A stretch of DNA of 64,000 nucleotides, from the NCBI RefSeq assembly GCF_009914755.1, contig NC_060928.1; one strand, written 5' to 3'. The position numbers and the translations under genes are program-made. Within the stretch, counting starts at the first letter, position 1; each line of letters starts with the position of its first letter. Origin of the DNA: the human T2T-CHM13v2.0 reference genome, Homo sapiens. This document shows positions 41,418-52,478 of this stretch, one piece after another. Under the pieces are notes generated by a model. It did no database searches, had not been told where the DNA came from, and was given only the letters and a program-made list of their open reading frames with translations.

Positions 41418-42731
41418 CTATCATGTATATGGTTCAGCAGGAGCAGAGCCAACCATTTCCACTTCAACCATGTGCTCACGGTACACAGCATAGATGCTAA
41501 TGATGCCTTCTTATGGATAATTTTTGTCCTTACTTTTGTGGTAGGAGAGCCATAACAGGTTGGGCATATAAAACCCATCTGCCACCTTGACTTTCACAAA
41601 GATGAAGTGCCTCTGCAAAGTTTCCTTCCATAAAAGGCCACAGAAACAAAAACATTCTCAGGATTTCAGTATCTTAAAGTATTAGATCATCCCTCTTCTC
41701 CAATGAGTATAATCTAACTTTTTGGAATGTTTAGAGGCAAAAAGTGAAATTTTGTCAAACTACCTTTTATTTGCATTCTGGTGTTGTCCTATGGCTGACT
41801 GTGGGAATGTTTTCTCATTCTTTGTCCTCATCTGGTTAAAAAACAGTGTGTGTGGCAGATTGTGTTTGTTAGTGGGGCTGAATATGTGGGGATGCTAGGG
41901 CGAGATTATTAAAGAAAGAAGGGTCTGTACTGGGGGAAGAAATCAGTTAAGTTAGAGTTTATATCTGGCCCCTGTGGTTGATTTATTTGAAAGTGTTAAG
42001 CTTCTAATGTAGCATAGGCAAAATTTACTTAAATCTAATTTTGCTATGAAAGAAAAATCGGCAACAACCCAAATTCCAGAAGATACCATTTATGATTATG
42101 CTGTTTGTTTATATAATAATCTAGATACTTCTTTTCCTAGTAGAGTAATTACATCTAGGAAGCCAGGAGGTAACTATGCGAATTACCCTGAAGGGCAGGA
42201 ACACCAGGTAGGGAACAAGCCAACTCAAATTATGTATTCAAATGGAGCGCACAAAGCTTTCCCGTTTATGGCAGATTGTGTTCTTGACATGGAGTTTGAA
42301 AATCCAAATACTGTAAGTCAAATGTGATTTCTAAATAGAAACCGTTGTGTAATAGGAAGTTAGGCCCTGGTTACAGGTATAATGGCCAATTGGTTTCTTT
42401 ATTACAAAAGTAATTCATGTTCATGATTTTTAAAACTAAATAAGAAAAAAGTATTCATAATCCTTCTGCCTAGAGATAACCACTGTTTATGTTTCAGTGA
42501 CACTGTTCTTTCAGAACTTAGATGTATGTGTTTTTTTTAAAAAATGAATAATACTGAACATAAGGTTTTATAACCTTTTAAATACATTTATTATAAAATT
42601 TTGCCACATTAATAAAATAAATTTTAGTGTGGGTTGATACAATTATAAATAAGGGTGGTACAGATTGCCATATGCATACTGGCTATGTATTTCTTAAAAC
42701 TGGAATTTCTTGTTCGTATTCCAAGCCTATG

Positions 42732-43042
42732 TTTTTTATTTTCATTTTTATTTTATTTTTTATAATTTCAACTTTTACTTTCAATGCAGGGGGTACATAT
42801 ACAGGTTTGTTACATGGGTATATTGCATGATGCTGAGGTTTGGGATGCAAATGATCTGTCACAGGTAGTGAGCATAGTACCCAATGGGTAGTTTTTCAGC
42901 CCTTGTCCCTCTCCCTCTCTCCCACTTCTTGCAGTCACTAGTTTCTATTTTTCCCATCTTTACGTCCATTTGTACCCAATGCTTAGCTCCCATTTATAAT
43001 TGAGAACATGCAGCATTTGGTTTTCTGTTCCCGTGTTAATTC
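42732..43042 (-). mobile_element. L1PA15/16-like 3' end fragment
   Basis: T-rich tail, atttcaacttttact...gggtatattgcatgatgctgagg...gtgagcatagtacccaatgggtagtttttcagcc. Confidence 0.88.
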
Positions 43043-43869
43043 ACCAAACCTGTTTTTTAAAATGGAAAGTTGATTTTATTGTCATCATAATCATCATCAT
43101 TAGTTCATTAGAGATGTTAAAAATGAAGACATTAACCTCTCGTGAGACATGTTTTCCGAATATTTGTACAATTTTTTCTTTTAACTTTTATAGCATTTTC
43201 TTTTGAAATTTTATAGCATTTTATTTTGATTTAAGAAAAAAATGTTTAAATTTTGTATAATTGTATCTATATATTCTTTATAATTTTTGCATTGGTGTCA
43301 TGCTTAGAAAACTTCTTATATCCTCAAATTATGTAAATATTCACCATTAACTTAGCCTATAACTGTATATGCACACACACACACACACACAGACACACAT
43401 TTAGTTCTGAAATTATTTGTGTATGTCTTGTGGGGAGATTAGAAATACTTGGTAATTTTTGGTAGACAGAGTCCCAGGAATGAGGAACTAATTTTTCCTC
43501 ATTTCTATTTTTTTTATTTTTTTTTCTGAGTAGGCAAAAGTAGACTTCACGTTATTTGGTTATCTGTGACCTTTCTAAGGCTTTCTTGGACTTCCATTTT
43601 ATTAGCACGTACTCCTTCCCCTTTTTAGCAATGATGTTATAAAAATTACCTGTCTTGAAACTGTATAGCCAGTTTCCTATTTGCAGAGAATTTTCACCTT
43701 CTGATCCCTCTACATGTTGCTGCTCCATGTCAACATGCCTTCAAAATCTGTTTCAGTCCTGAACCTGTTGAGACCTTGGTTTGAATCCTGAATCCATAAA
43801 ATGAAAATTTTGTCTCTTTGGCCATACTTGGTGTTTCAACAGTCCCTCGCAGAGCACTACTCTGTCTCA

Positions 43870-44087
43870 AATGCCAGATTCTACTTTTAGCTCCTATTAT
43901 CTAGCTGAGTGATCTTGAGCAACTTATTTAATCTCTCTGAGCCTCAGTTTCCTCAATTGTAAAATGGGATTAATAATAACCTTCCTTAGCTACTTCACAA
44001 CCTTATTGTGAAGATCAAGTGAGATCGTGGTTGTAAAAGTGCTCAGTAAGCTGTAAAACAATATACAAACATAAGGTGTTATTATTT
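43870..44087 (+). mobile_element. MIR SINE
   Basis: tagctgagtgatcttgagcaacttatttaatctctctgagcctcagtttcctcaattgtaaaatgggattaataata (MIR core). Confidence 0.85.
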
Positions 44088-44948
44088 CCCTTTTATTTGA
44101 CATTATAAAGGATTGAATATGGTATTATGTGTGAGTATAAAGTAATAAGGATCATTTTTAAAGTAACATGCCAGGCTATAAACATCCAAATAAGTGCAAT
44201 CCTTTCAGTAGGCCTCAAAAGAAGCCTCAAATTAACTTTTACATTGTTATGCTTGCCCAAAACCTATTTTTAACTTCCTTTGGGATAGTTGTCTTTGGGA
44301 TAGTTGCACACATTCTCCCTTGGTGGAATATTTTCTTTCTTATTTACATACTTCACCTTTTCCTCCCACCCTCCTTTTTGCCTTGAACCTCCTGCTCAGA
44401 GGAGCTGAAGGGGATAGAGGCAGTGGTAGGCAGAAAGATCTCAGGCAATGGGGCTACATGGAAGGCAGGACTAGTCTGCATGACCAGATTGAAATTGGCT
44501 GCTGGAGAGTGTCTTTTTGAGGTCCAAATCAAGAACAAGACTGGTTTTAACACAGTTTTAATCTGATGTTTGCTGTAGACCTACCTTTAGAGTACTGGTA
44601 AATCCATGACAAACAGGAATACTCAGAAAGCAGACCTTACCCTTTGCTGAGGTCTGTCTGTTCAGTCTCATCAAGAAATATCTGTAGAATTATAGAAGGC
44701 GCAATGGAATAAAAGTAAATAAACCTGAATTCTGGTTCTGGCTCTGCAATAAAGAACTAAGTGACTGAGTGATATTAGGTCCTGAGGTTTAGTTCCCTCA
44801 TTCTCCAAACAAGGAAATTGAAGGAGATGGTCTTTAAAATTATTTTATTTTACCTTGAAAATGCTAGGATTCCAAAAGCCTTCCTTGTCATGATTTTATA
44901 GAGGTACAAAACATTTCCTAGTTCTGCAACTTTGGGCAAGTTAGTTAA

Positions 44949-47729
44949 TATATTAGTCCATTTGTGTTACTATAAAGGAATACCTGGGATTGAGTAATTT
45001 ATCAAGAAAAGAGGTTTATTTTGGCTCATATTTCTGCAGACTGTACAAACAAGCATGGCACCAACATTTGCTTTACTTCTGGTGAGAGCCTCAAGAAGCT
45101 TACAATAATGGCAGAAGGTGAAGGGGGAGCCAGGGCATCACATGGTGAGAGAAAGAGAGAGAGCAAGAGAGAGAAGGGGGAGGTCCCAGACTCTTTTAAA
45201 CAACCAGATTTCCTGTGACGTTACAGAGTAAGAACGCAGCCATTACCACAAGGATGGCACCGAAACATTCATGAGGGGTCCACCCTCATGACTCAAACAC
45301 CTTCTACTAAGCCCCACCTCCAACACTGGGGAAATCATATTTTAACGTGAGACTTAGAGGGGACAAACATCCAAACCATGTAATTCTGACCCTGGGCCCC
45401 AAATAGCATGTTCTTCTCACATTGCAAAATACAATTATCCCCTCCCAATAGTCCCCCCCAAATCTTAACTTGTTCCAGCATCAACTCAAAAGTCCAAAGT
45501 CTCATTTAAGATTCAAGGCATGTTCTTTCCAACTATGAGCCTGTAAAATCAAAACAAGTTGTTTACTTCCAAGATACAATGGTGGTACAGGCATTAGGTA
45601 AATATTCCCATTCCATAAGGGAGAAACTAGCCAAAAGAAAGAGGCAATGGGCCCCATACAAGTCTGATACCCAAGAGGGCAGTTATTACATCTTAAAGTT
45701 TCAAAACAATCTTTGGGTCCATGTCCCACATCCTGGGCACATTAGTGTCCTGGACAGGTTCCCAAGGCCTTGGGCAGCTCTGCCCCCATGGCTTTTCCAT
45801 GCTGAGGTTACAAGCTGCTGGTGGCTGTGCCATTCTAGGATCTGTAGCTAGTGGCCCCATTTCTACAGCTCTACTAGGGGCTGCCCCAGTGGGGACTCTG
45901 TTTGGGGGCTCCAACTCCACATTTCCCCTTAGCACTGCCCTGGTAGAGTGTCTCTGTGGGGGCTTCATCCCCCCAGCAGGGTTTTGCCTAAGCACCTAGG
46001 CTTTTCCATGCATCTTCTGAAATTTAGGCAGACACTGCCAAGCCTCCTTCACTCTTGCATTCTGTGCACCTGCAGGCTTAACACTACATAGCAACCACCA
46101 AGGCATATGGAGGCTTGCACTTTCGGAAGTGGCAGCGTGAGCTATATCTGGGGCCCTTTAAGCCACAGCTGGAGTTGGAGCAACTGGATGCAGGGAGCAG
46201 TGTCCTGAGGCTGAGCATGGTAGCAGTGCCTTGAGCCTGGCCCTTGAAACCATTCTTCCATCCTAGGTCTCTGGGTCTGTGATAGGAGGAGCTGTCCTGA
46301 AGACTTCTGAAATGCCTTCAAGGCTTTTTCACATTGCCTTGGCTATTAGTACCTGGCTCCCTTTTAGTCATGCAAATCTCTCTAGCAAATGGATACTTTA
46401 CAGCCTGCTTCAGTTCTGCTCCTGAAAATACTCTTTTCTCTCTACCAAAGGGCCAGGCTGCAAATTTTCCAATTTTTTACACTGTGCTTCCCTTTTAATT
46501 AAAAGTTCCAATTTAAATCATTCCTTTGCTCCTGTATCTGATTGCAGGGTGTTAGAAGCAGCCACACTGCTTCTTGAATGCTTCGGTGCTTAGAATTTTC
46601 TTCCACTAAATTTCCTAAGTCATCACTCTTAAGTTCAACCTTCCACAAAGCCCTAAGACATGGACACAATGTAGCCAAATTATTTGCTAGGGCATAACAA
46701 ACCTTTACTTCACTTCCCAATAAATTCTTCTTTTCCATCTGAGACCTCATAGGACTAGACGTTACTGTCCATATTGTTACCAGCATTCTGTGGTCACAAC
46801 TACTCTAAGAAGTTCCAAACTTTCCTTTGTCTTTCTGTCTTCTTCTGAGATCTCCCAACTCTTCCAGCCTCTGCTCTTTACCCAGTTCCAAAGCCACTTC
46901 CACATTTTTAGTTCACTTTATAGCAATGCCCCACTCCTTCATAGCAATTTTCTGTGTCAGTCCATTGCTGTTACTATAAAGGAATACTTGAGACTGGGTA
47001 ACTTATAAAGAAAAGAGGTTTATTTTGGCTTATGGTTCTGCAGGCTGTATAAGCATGGCACCAACATCTGCTCGGCTTCTGGTGAGGGCCTCAGGAAGCT
47101 TACACTCATGGTGGAAGGAAAAGGGGAGTCAACACATCACATGTTGTATTAGTCCATTTTCACACTGCTGATAAAGACATACCCAAGACTGGGCAATTTA
47201 CAAAAGAAAGAGGTTTATTTGACTCACTGTTCCATGTGGCTGGGGAGGCCTCATAATCATGGCAGAAGGTGAAAGGAACATCTCACATGGTTGCAGACAA
47301 GAGAAGAGAGTTTTTGCAGGGAAACTCCCCTTTTTAAAACCATTAGATCTCATGAGACTTACTCAGTATCACAAGAACAGCATGGGAAAGACCTGCCACC
47401 ATGGTAATTGAATAATTACCTCTCACCAGGTCCCTCCCACAACATGTGGGAATTCAAAATGAGATTTGGGTTGGAGACACAGGAAAACCATATCACATGC
47501 TGAGACAGAGCCAGAGAGAAGGGGGAGGTTTCAGACCCTTTTAAACAACCAGATCTTCTGTGAATTCATAGAGCAAGAACTCACTCATTACTGTGAGGAT
47601 GGCACCAAGATAGATATTCATGAAGGATCCACCTCCACGACCAGAATACCTCCTACCAGGCCCCAGCTCCAACATTTGGATCACATTTCAACATGAGATT
47701 TGGAGGGGACACACTTCTAAACCATGTCA
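44949..47729 (-). mobile_element. Full-length MSTB-like MaLR provirus (LTR 44949-45383, internal ~45384-46952, LTR 46953-47729) inserted in a MIR
   Basis: Two homologous LTRs (gtccatt..gttactataaaggaatac...aaaccatgt), MST-int sequence between; 5-bp TSD gttaa/gctaa; MIR core split across both flanks. Confidence 0.9.
47145..47495 (-). mobile_element. THE1 (B-like) solo LTR nested in the MSTB LTR
   Basis: tgtattagtccattttcacactgctgataaagacatacc...gagacacaggaaaaccatatca; TSD catgt/catgc. Confidence 0.9.
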
Positions 47730-48049
47730 GCTAACCTGTCTGAATCTCAGTTTCATCATCTATAAACTGGGGAAAGTATCTATTTTATATATATATATAT
47801 ATGTATGTATCTATTATATATATTTATATATTATTAGACTTTTTGTAAAAACTAACTGATAAAATGTATGTGAAAACATTTGGCTCAATGCTCAATGCTC
47901 AATTTCAACAGAGTAAATGCTCAATAAACATTAGACATACTTTGTTCTTTTCATTTTATTATTCTCATGGAGGAGAATTTACTCTAAATTTTAAGTTTAT
48001 TTCATAAATATTGTCAGTATTACTATTGCTATTATTGTTATAATATCTC

Positions 48050-48970
48050 AAACTGAGACTTCTTTTCTATTCACCCTAGTTCTGTACTCCAGGGTCAGTT
48101 GGCAGCTATAGATCTGTCTTCAGCAAAAGTCTGAGCACTTCATTCTTCATCAATACTGAATAGATGCAGACTCTTTCAGATGAATCTGTGAGCTCAGATT
48201 GAGTTGCAGTAAATCTGCCAACATAAGTAATGCATTCTCTCCAAAACTTCTCTTTGTTCTGCCTTTTCAGCAGCAATCTGTTCTTCCTTTTCAATCTCTC
48301 TAGTATCGCTGTAGAAGCAGAGATCAGGTATGACTTCCCACAGGTGCTCAGGGGAAATAGTGCCACACCCAAGCAGGACCTCATAGGCCAGCAACCATTA
48401 TGTCAGATGTCAGACCCTTTTAGTGAGTACCCTCATTTTTGCACAAGATGTCAATATCCTATGCAAAACAGAGTTGAGGAATCTCTGTTACGTAGCGCAG
48501 TAGTGAGCAGGTTAGTAGCAGATGCCTTTGGAAGATATTAATATTCAGTTCACTAAAGGAGGAGGATCCTAGAAAGCTGCCTAAATGTTCTGGGAATAAA
48601 GTGTCCAACAAAACAGATGGATCCTAGGGCAGGAGCAAGCTCCAGTACAGCAGGCTGGTTAGTATACCTGGAGAATAATGGCTGCTGGGTTTTCAATTGT
48701 TACAATGGCCTGAGATTCATAAAGAACCTTCTCCAGATCCATTTTAGGTTTAATGTATAGATATCACCACTTTTCTTTTTGTGGATATACTTATCCATCT
48801 GAAAGCAAATATTGATGCCACCCAAGTAGGCTCCTGAAGAAAGGAATTTAAGGATATTCTTTTCTTTCATCTGTAGGAATCAGAAGTATTAGATACTGAA
48901 AAATTTCCCTTTAAGTTAAGCCAGTAACCAAAGACAAATCTATATGGACCTCTCTGTGAGTAATACAGAG
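48050..48970 (-). pseudogene. RPSAP34: Processed pseudogene of RPSA (40S protein SA/uS2), heavily decayed
   Basis: ORF 48194-48394 [45 protein letters not shown] matches RPSA [45 protein letters not shown]; RPSA 5'UTR taacttaaagggaaatttt on the - strand at ~48900; intronless, ATG lost, frameshifts. Pseudogene number is from recall; 3' boundary uncertain. Confidence 0.9.
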
Positions 48971-49031
48971 TGTCTTAATTGTTATTCAAAAAAGTTATTT
49001 TTTGTTTCTGTTGAAGGATCTAAACAGCTGG

Positions 49032-51509
49032 GACTCCAGCCTGGACAACAGCATGAGACTCCATCTTTAAAAAAAAATTAGCCTGGCCTCTCCCTCTCTC
49101 CCTCTCTCCCTCTCCCCTCTCCCCTCTCCCCTCTCCCCTCTCCCCTCTCCCCTCTCCCCTCTCCCCCTTCCCACGGTCTCCTTCCACGGTCTCCCTCTGA
49201 TGCCGAGCCAAAGCTGGACGGTACTGCTGCCATCTCGGCTCACTGCAACCTCCCTGCCTGATTCTCCTGCCTCAGCCTGCCGAGTGCCTGCGATTGCAGG
49301 TGCGCGCTGCCACGCCTGACTGGTTTTCGTTTTTTTTTTTTTTGGTGGAGACGGGGTTTTGCTGTGTTGGCCGGGCTGGTCTCCAGCTCCTAACCGCGAG
49401 TGATCCGCCAGCCTCGGCCTCCCGAGGTGCCGGGATTGCAGACGGAGTCTTGTTCACTCAGTGCTCAATGGTGCCCAGGCTGGAGTGCAGTGGCGTGATC
49501 TTGGCTCGCTACAACCTCCACCTCCCAGCCGCCTGCCTTGGCCCCCCAAAGTGCCGAGATTGCAGCCTCTGCCCAGCCGCCACCCCGTCTGGGAAGTGAG
49601 GAGCGTCTCTGCCTGGCCCCCCACCGTCTGGGATATGAGGAGCCTCTCTGCCTGGCTGCCCAGTCTGGAAAGTGAGGAGCGTCTCTGCCCGGCCGCCATC
49701 CCATCTAGGAAGCGAGGAGCGCCTCTTCCCCGCCGCCATCCCATCTAGGAAGTGAGGAGCGTCTCTGCCCGGCCGCCCATCGTCTGAGATGTGGGGAGCA
49801 CCTCTGCCCCGCCGCCCTGTCTGGGATGTGAGGAGCGCCTCTGCTGGGCCGCAACCCTGTCTGGGAGGTGAGGAGCGTCTCTGCCCGGCCGCCCCGTCTG
49901 AGAAGTGAGGAAACCCTCTGCCTGGCAACAGCCCCGTCTGAGAAGTGAGGAGCCCCTCCGTCCGGCAGCCACTCCGTCTGGGAAGTGAGGAGCGTCTCCG
50001 CCCGGCAGCCACCCCGACCGGGAGGGAGGTGGGGGGGGGTCAGCCCCCCGCCCGGCCAGCCGCCCCGTCCGGGAGGTGAGGGGCTCCTCTGCCCGGCCGC
50101 CCCTACTGGGAAGTGAGGAGCCCCTCTGCCCGGCCAGTCGCCCCGTCCAGGAGGGAGGTGGGGGGGTCAGCCCCCCGCCCGGTCAGCCGCCCAGTCCGGG
50201 AGGGAGGTGGTGGGGGTCAGCCCCCCACCCGGCCAGCCGCCCCGTCCGGGAGCTGAGGGGCGCCTCTGCCCGGCCGCCCCTACTGGGAAGTGAGGACCCC
50301 TCTGCCCGGCCAGCCGCCCCGTCCGGGAGGGAGGTGGGGGGGTCAGCCCCCCGCCCGGCCAGCCGCCCAATCCGGGAGGGAGGTGGGGGGATCAGCCCCC
50401 CGCCCGGCCAGCCGCCCCGTCCGGGAGGGAGGTGGGGGGGTCAGCCCCCCGCCCGGCCAGCCGCCCCATCCGGGAGGGAGGTGGGGGGGTCAGCCCCCCG
50501 CCCGGCCAGCCGCCCCGTCCGGGAGGGAGGTGGGGGGATCAGCCCCCCGCCTGGCCAGCCGCCCCGTCCGGGAGGTGAGGGGCGCCTCTGCCCGGCCACC
50601 CCTACTGGGAAGTGAGGAGCCCCTCTGCCCGGCCAGCCGCCCCGTCCGGGAGGGAGGCGGGGGGGGGGGGTCGGCCAGCCGCCCTGTCCGGGAGGGAGGT
50701 GGGGGGGTCAGCCCCCCGCCCGGCCGGCCGCCCCGTCCGGGAGGTGAGGGACGCCTCTGCCCGGCCGCCCCTACTGGGAAGTGAGGACCCCTCTGCCTGG
50801 CCAGCCGCCCCGTCCGGGAGGGAGGTGGGGGGGTCAGCCCCCCGCCCGGCCGGCCGCCCCGTCCGGGAGGTGAGGGGCGCTTCTGCCCGGCCGCCCCTAC
50901 TGGGAAGTGGGGAGCCCCTCTGCCCGGCCACGACCCCGTCTGGGAGGTGTGCCCAGCGGCTCATTGGGGATGGGCCATGATGACAATGGCGGTTTTGTGG
51001 AATAGAAAGGCGGGAAGAGTGGGGAAAAAATTGAGAAATCGGATGGTTGCCGGGTCTGTGTGGATAGAAGTAGACATGGGAGACTTTTCATTTTGTTCTG
51101 TACTAAGAAAAATTCTTCTGCCTTGGGATCCTGTTGATCTGTGACCTTATCCCCAACCCTGTGCTCTCTGAAACATGTGCTGTGTCCACTCAGGGTTAAA
51201 TGGATTAAGGGCGGTGCAAGATGTGCTTTGTTAAACAGATGCTTGAAGGCAGCATGCTCGTTAAGAGTCATCACCACTCCCTAATCTTAAGTACCCAGGG
51301 ACACAAACACTGCGGAAGGCCGCAGGGTCCTCTGCCTAGGAAAACCAGAGACCTTTGTTCACTTGTTTATCTACTGACCTTCCCTCCACTATTGTCCTAT
51401 GACCCTGCCAAATCCCCCTCTGCGAGAAACACCCAAGAATGATCAATAAAAAAAATAAAAAATAAAAAAACAAACAAACAAACAAAAAAAAAATAAATAA
51501 ATAAATAAA
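49032..51509 (+). mobile_element. Full-length SVA retrotransposon (SVA_E-like) with 56-nt 5' extension
   Basis: CT-repeat 49088-49167, Alu-like region, GC-rich VNTR ~49565-50945, SINE-R, AATAAA 51445-51450, A-tail; perfect TSD TAAACAGCTGG at 49021-49031 and 51510-51520. cagcggctcattggggatggg and ccgggtctgtgtggatagaag are recalled SVA_E diagnostics. Confidence 0.96.
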
Positions 51510-52124
51510 TAAACAGCTGGAAAGAATTTTGCTCTTATTCTTACCAAACCAGACAAACTGCAAATTTATGCATTTCCTTGAACCCATCAAGGAACTAAGG
51601 TTGCAGGGCAACCAGCTGGCTCCTAGTCTAAGGAGAAACAGGTGCCCCAGGAAGAGAAATGCATATACTGGCATACACAGGTGGATTCGACTGAACACAA
51701 GTAAAAGGAGTTCAATGGGGTGGTTGGGGATGTGGTAGAGGCCAATGGGGAGCTGGTGTAAGAATGGGAAGCTCCTTGGGGCATTGAAATTGCCTTTTTC
51801 AGGTTTTTCTCCACAAATGTCACCAGGTACTCCCAGAAAAAGAATGAAGAAAGTTAAGTTTAACAAGTTGTCCTTTGGGTGCAGCATGGAGGATGAGAAG
51901 CAACTGCTGTTGGAGGGGCAATTAACTCCACTCAGATGCTTTTCTCTCCCTTACTACTTATGGAACAGAAGCCTGATTCTGCGGAAGGATGGGCTATAAA
52001 CACTGCTGTGCTTGGGGCACTGGTGAAAACACAATAAAACTATGGGAAGGGAATAGTTAAAAAAAACGGTGGGGAGCAGCCTCTGGGCCCATAACAATAG
52101 CCTGAGATGACAAGAGCACAGAGG

Positions 52125-52238
52125 AGGACCTCTAAGATCAGAAATAAGGCAAGGCTGTTCTCTATCCCCAGTCCTATTCAATATTATGCTGTACGTTCTA
52201 GCCAGTGCAATCAATACAAAAAGAAAGAAAGGAAAGGA

Positions 52239-52290
<52 letters not shown>

Positions 52291-52478
52291 ACATAGAAAA
52301 ATAAGATTGTCTCTATTTACTCGTGTCTGTGTAGAAAATCTCAAAGAATTTACAAAACAGTTCCTAAAACTAGTAAGTTTAGTAAAGGTTGCAGAATACA
52401 AGATCACTATAAAAAAATTAAATTGTACTTCTATATACTGACAAAGAAAAAGTGAACTCCCAAGTTGAAAACATATAT
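52125..52478 (+). mobile_element. Old L1 (L1MC3-like) ORF2 fragment, left part
   Basis: taagatcagaaataaggcaagg...ctattcaatatt...gtagaaaatctcaaagaatttacaaaac...aaggttgcagaatacaagatc; continues collinearly at 62149. Confidence 0.8.
52219..52291. repeat. (GAAA)n microsatellite
   Basis: 13 perfect GAAA units at 52237-52288 plus imperfect flanking units. Confidence 0.95.

Noticed and set aside
49272-51442. Many overlapping Pro/Gly/Arg-rich ORFs and a CpG-island-like block
   Set aside because: Explained by the SVA Alu-like region, VNTR and SINE-R; not a gene or gene promoter.
51520-52110. Possible 5'UTR of the old L1MC element right of the SVA
   Set aside because: Resembles an old L1M 5' region but too diverged to assign or bound without alignment.
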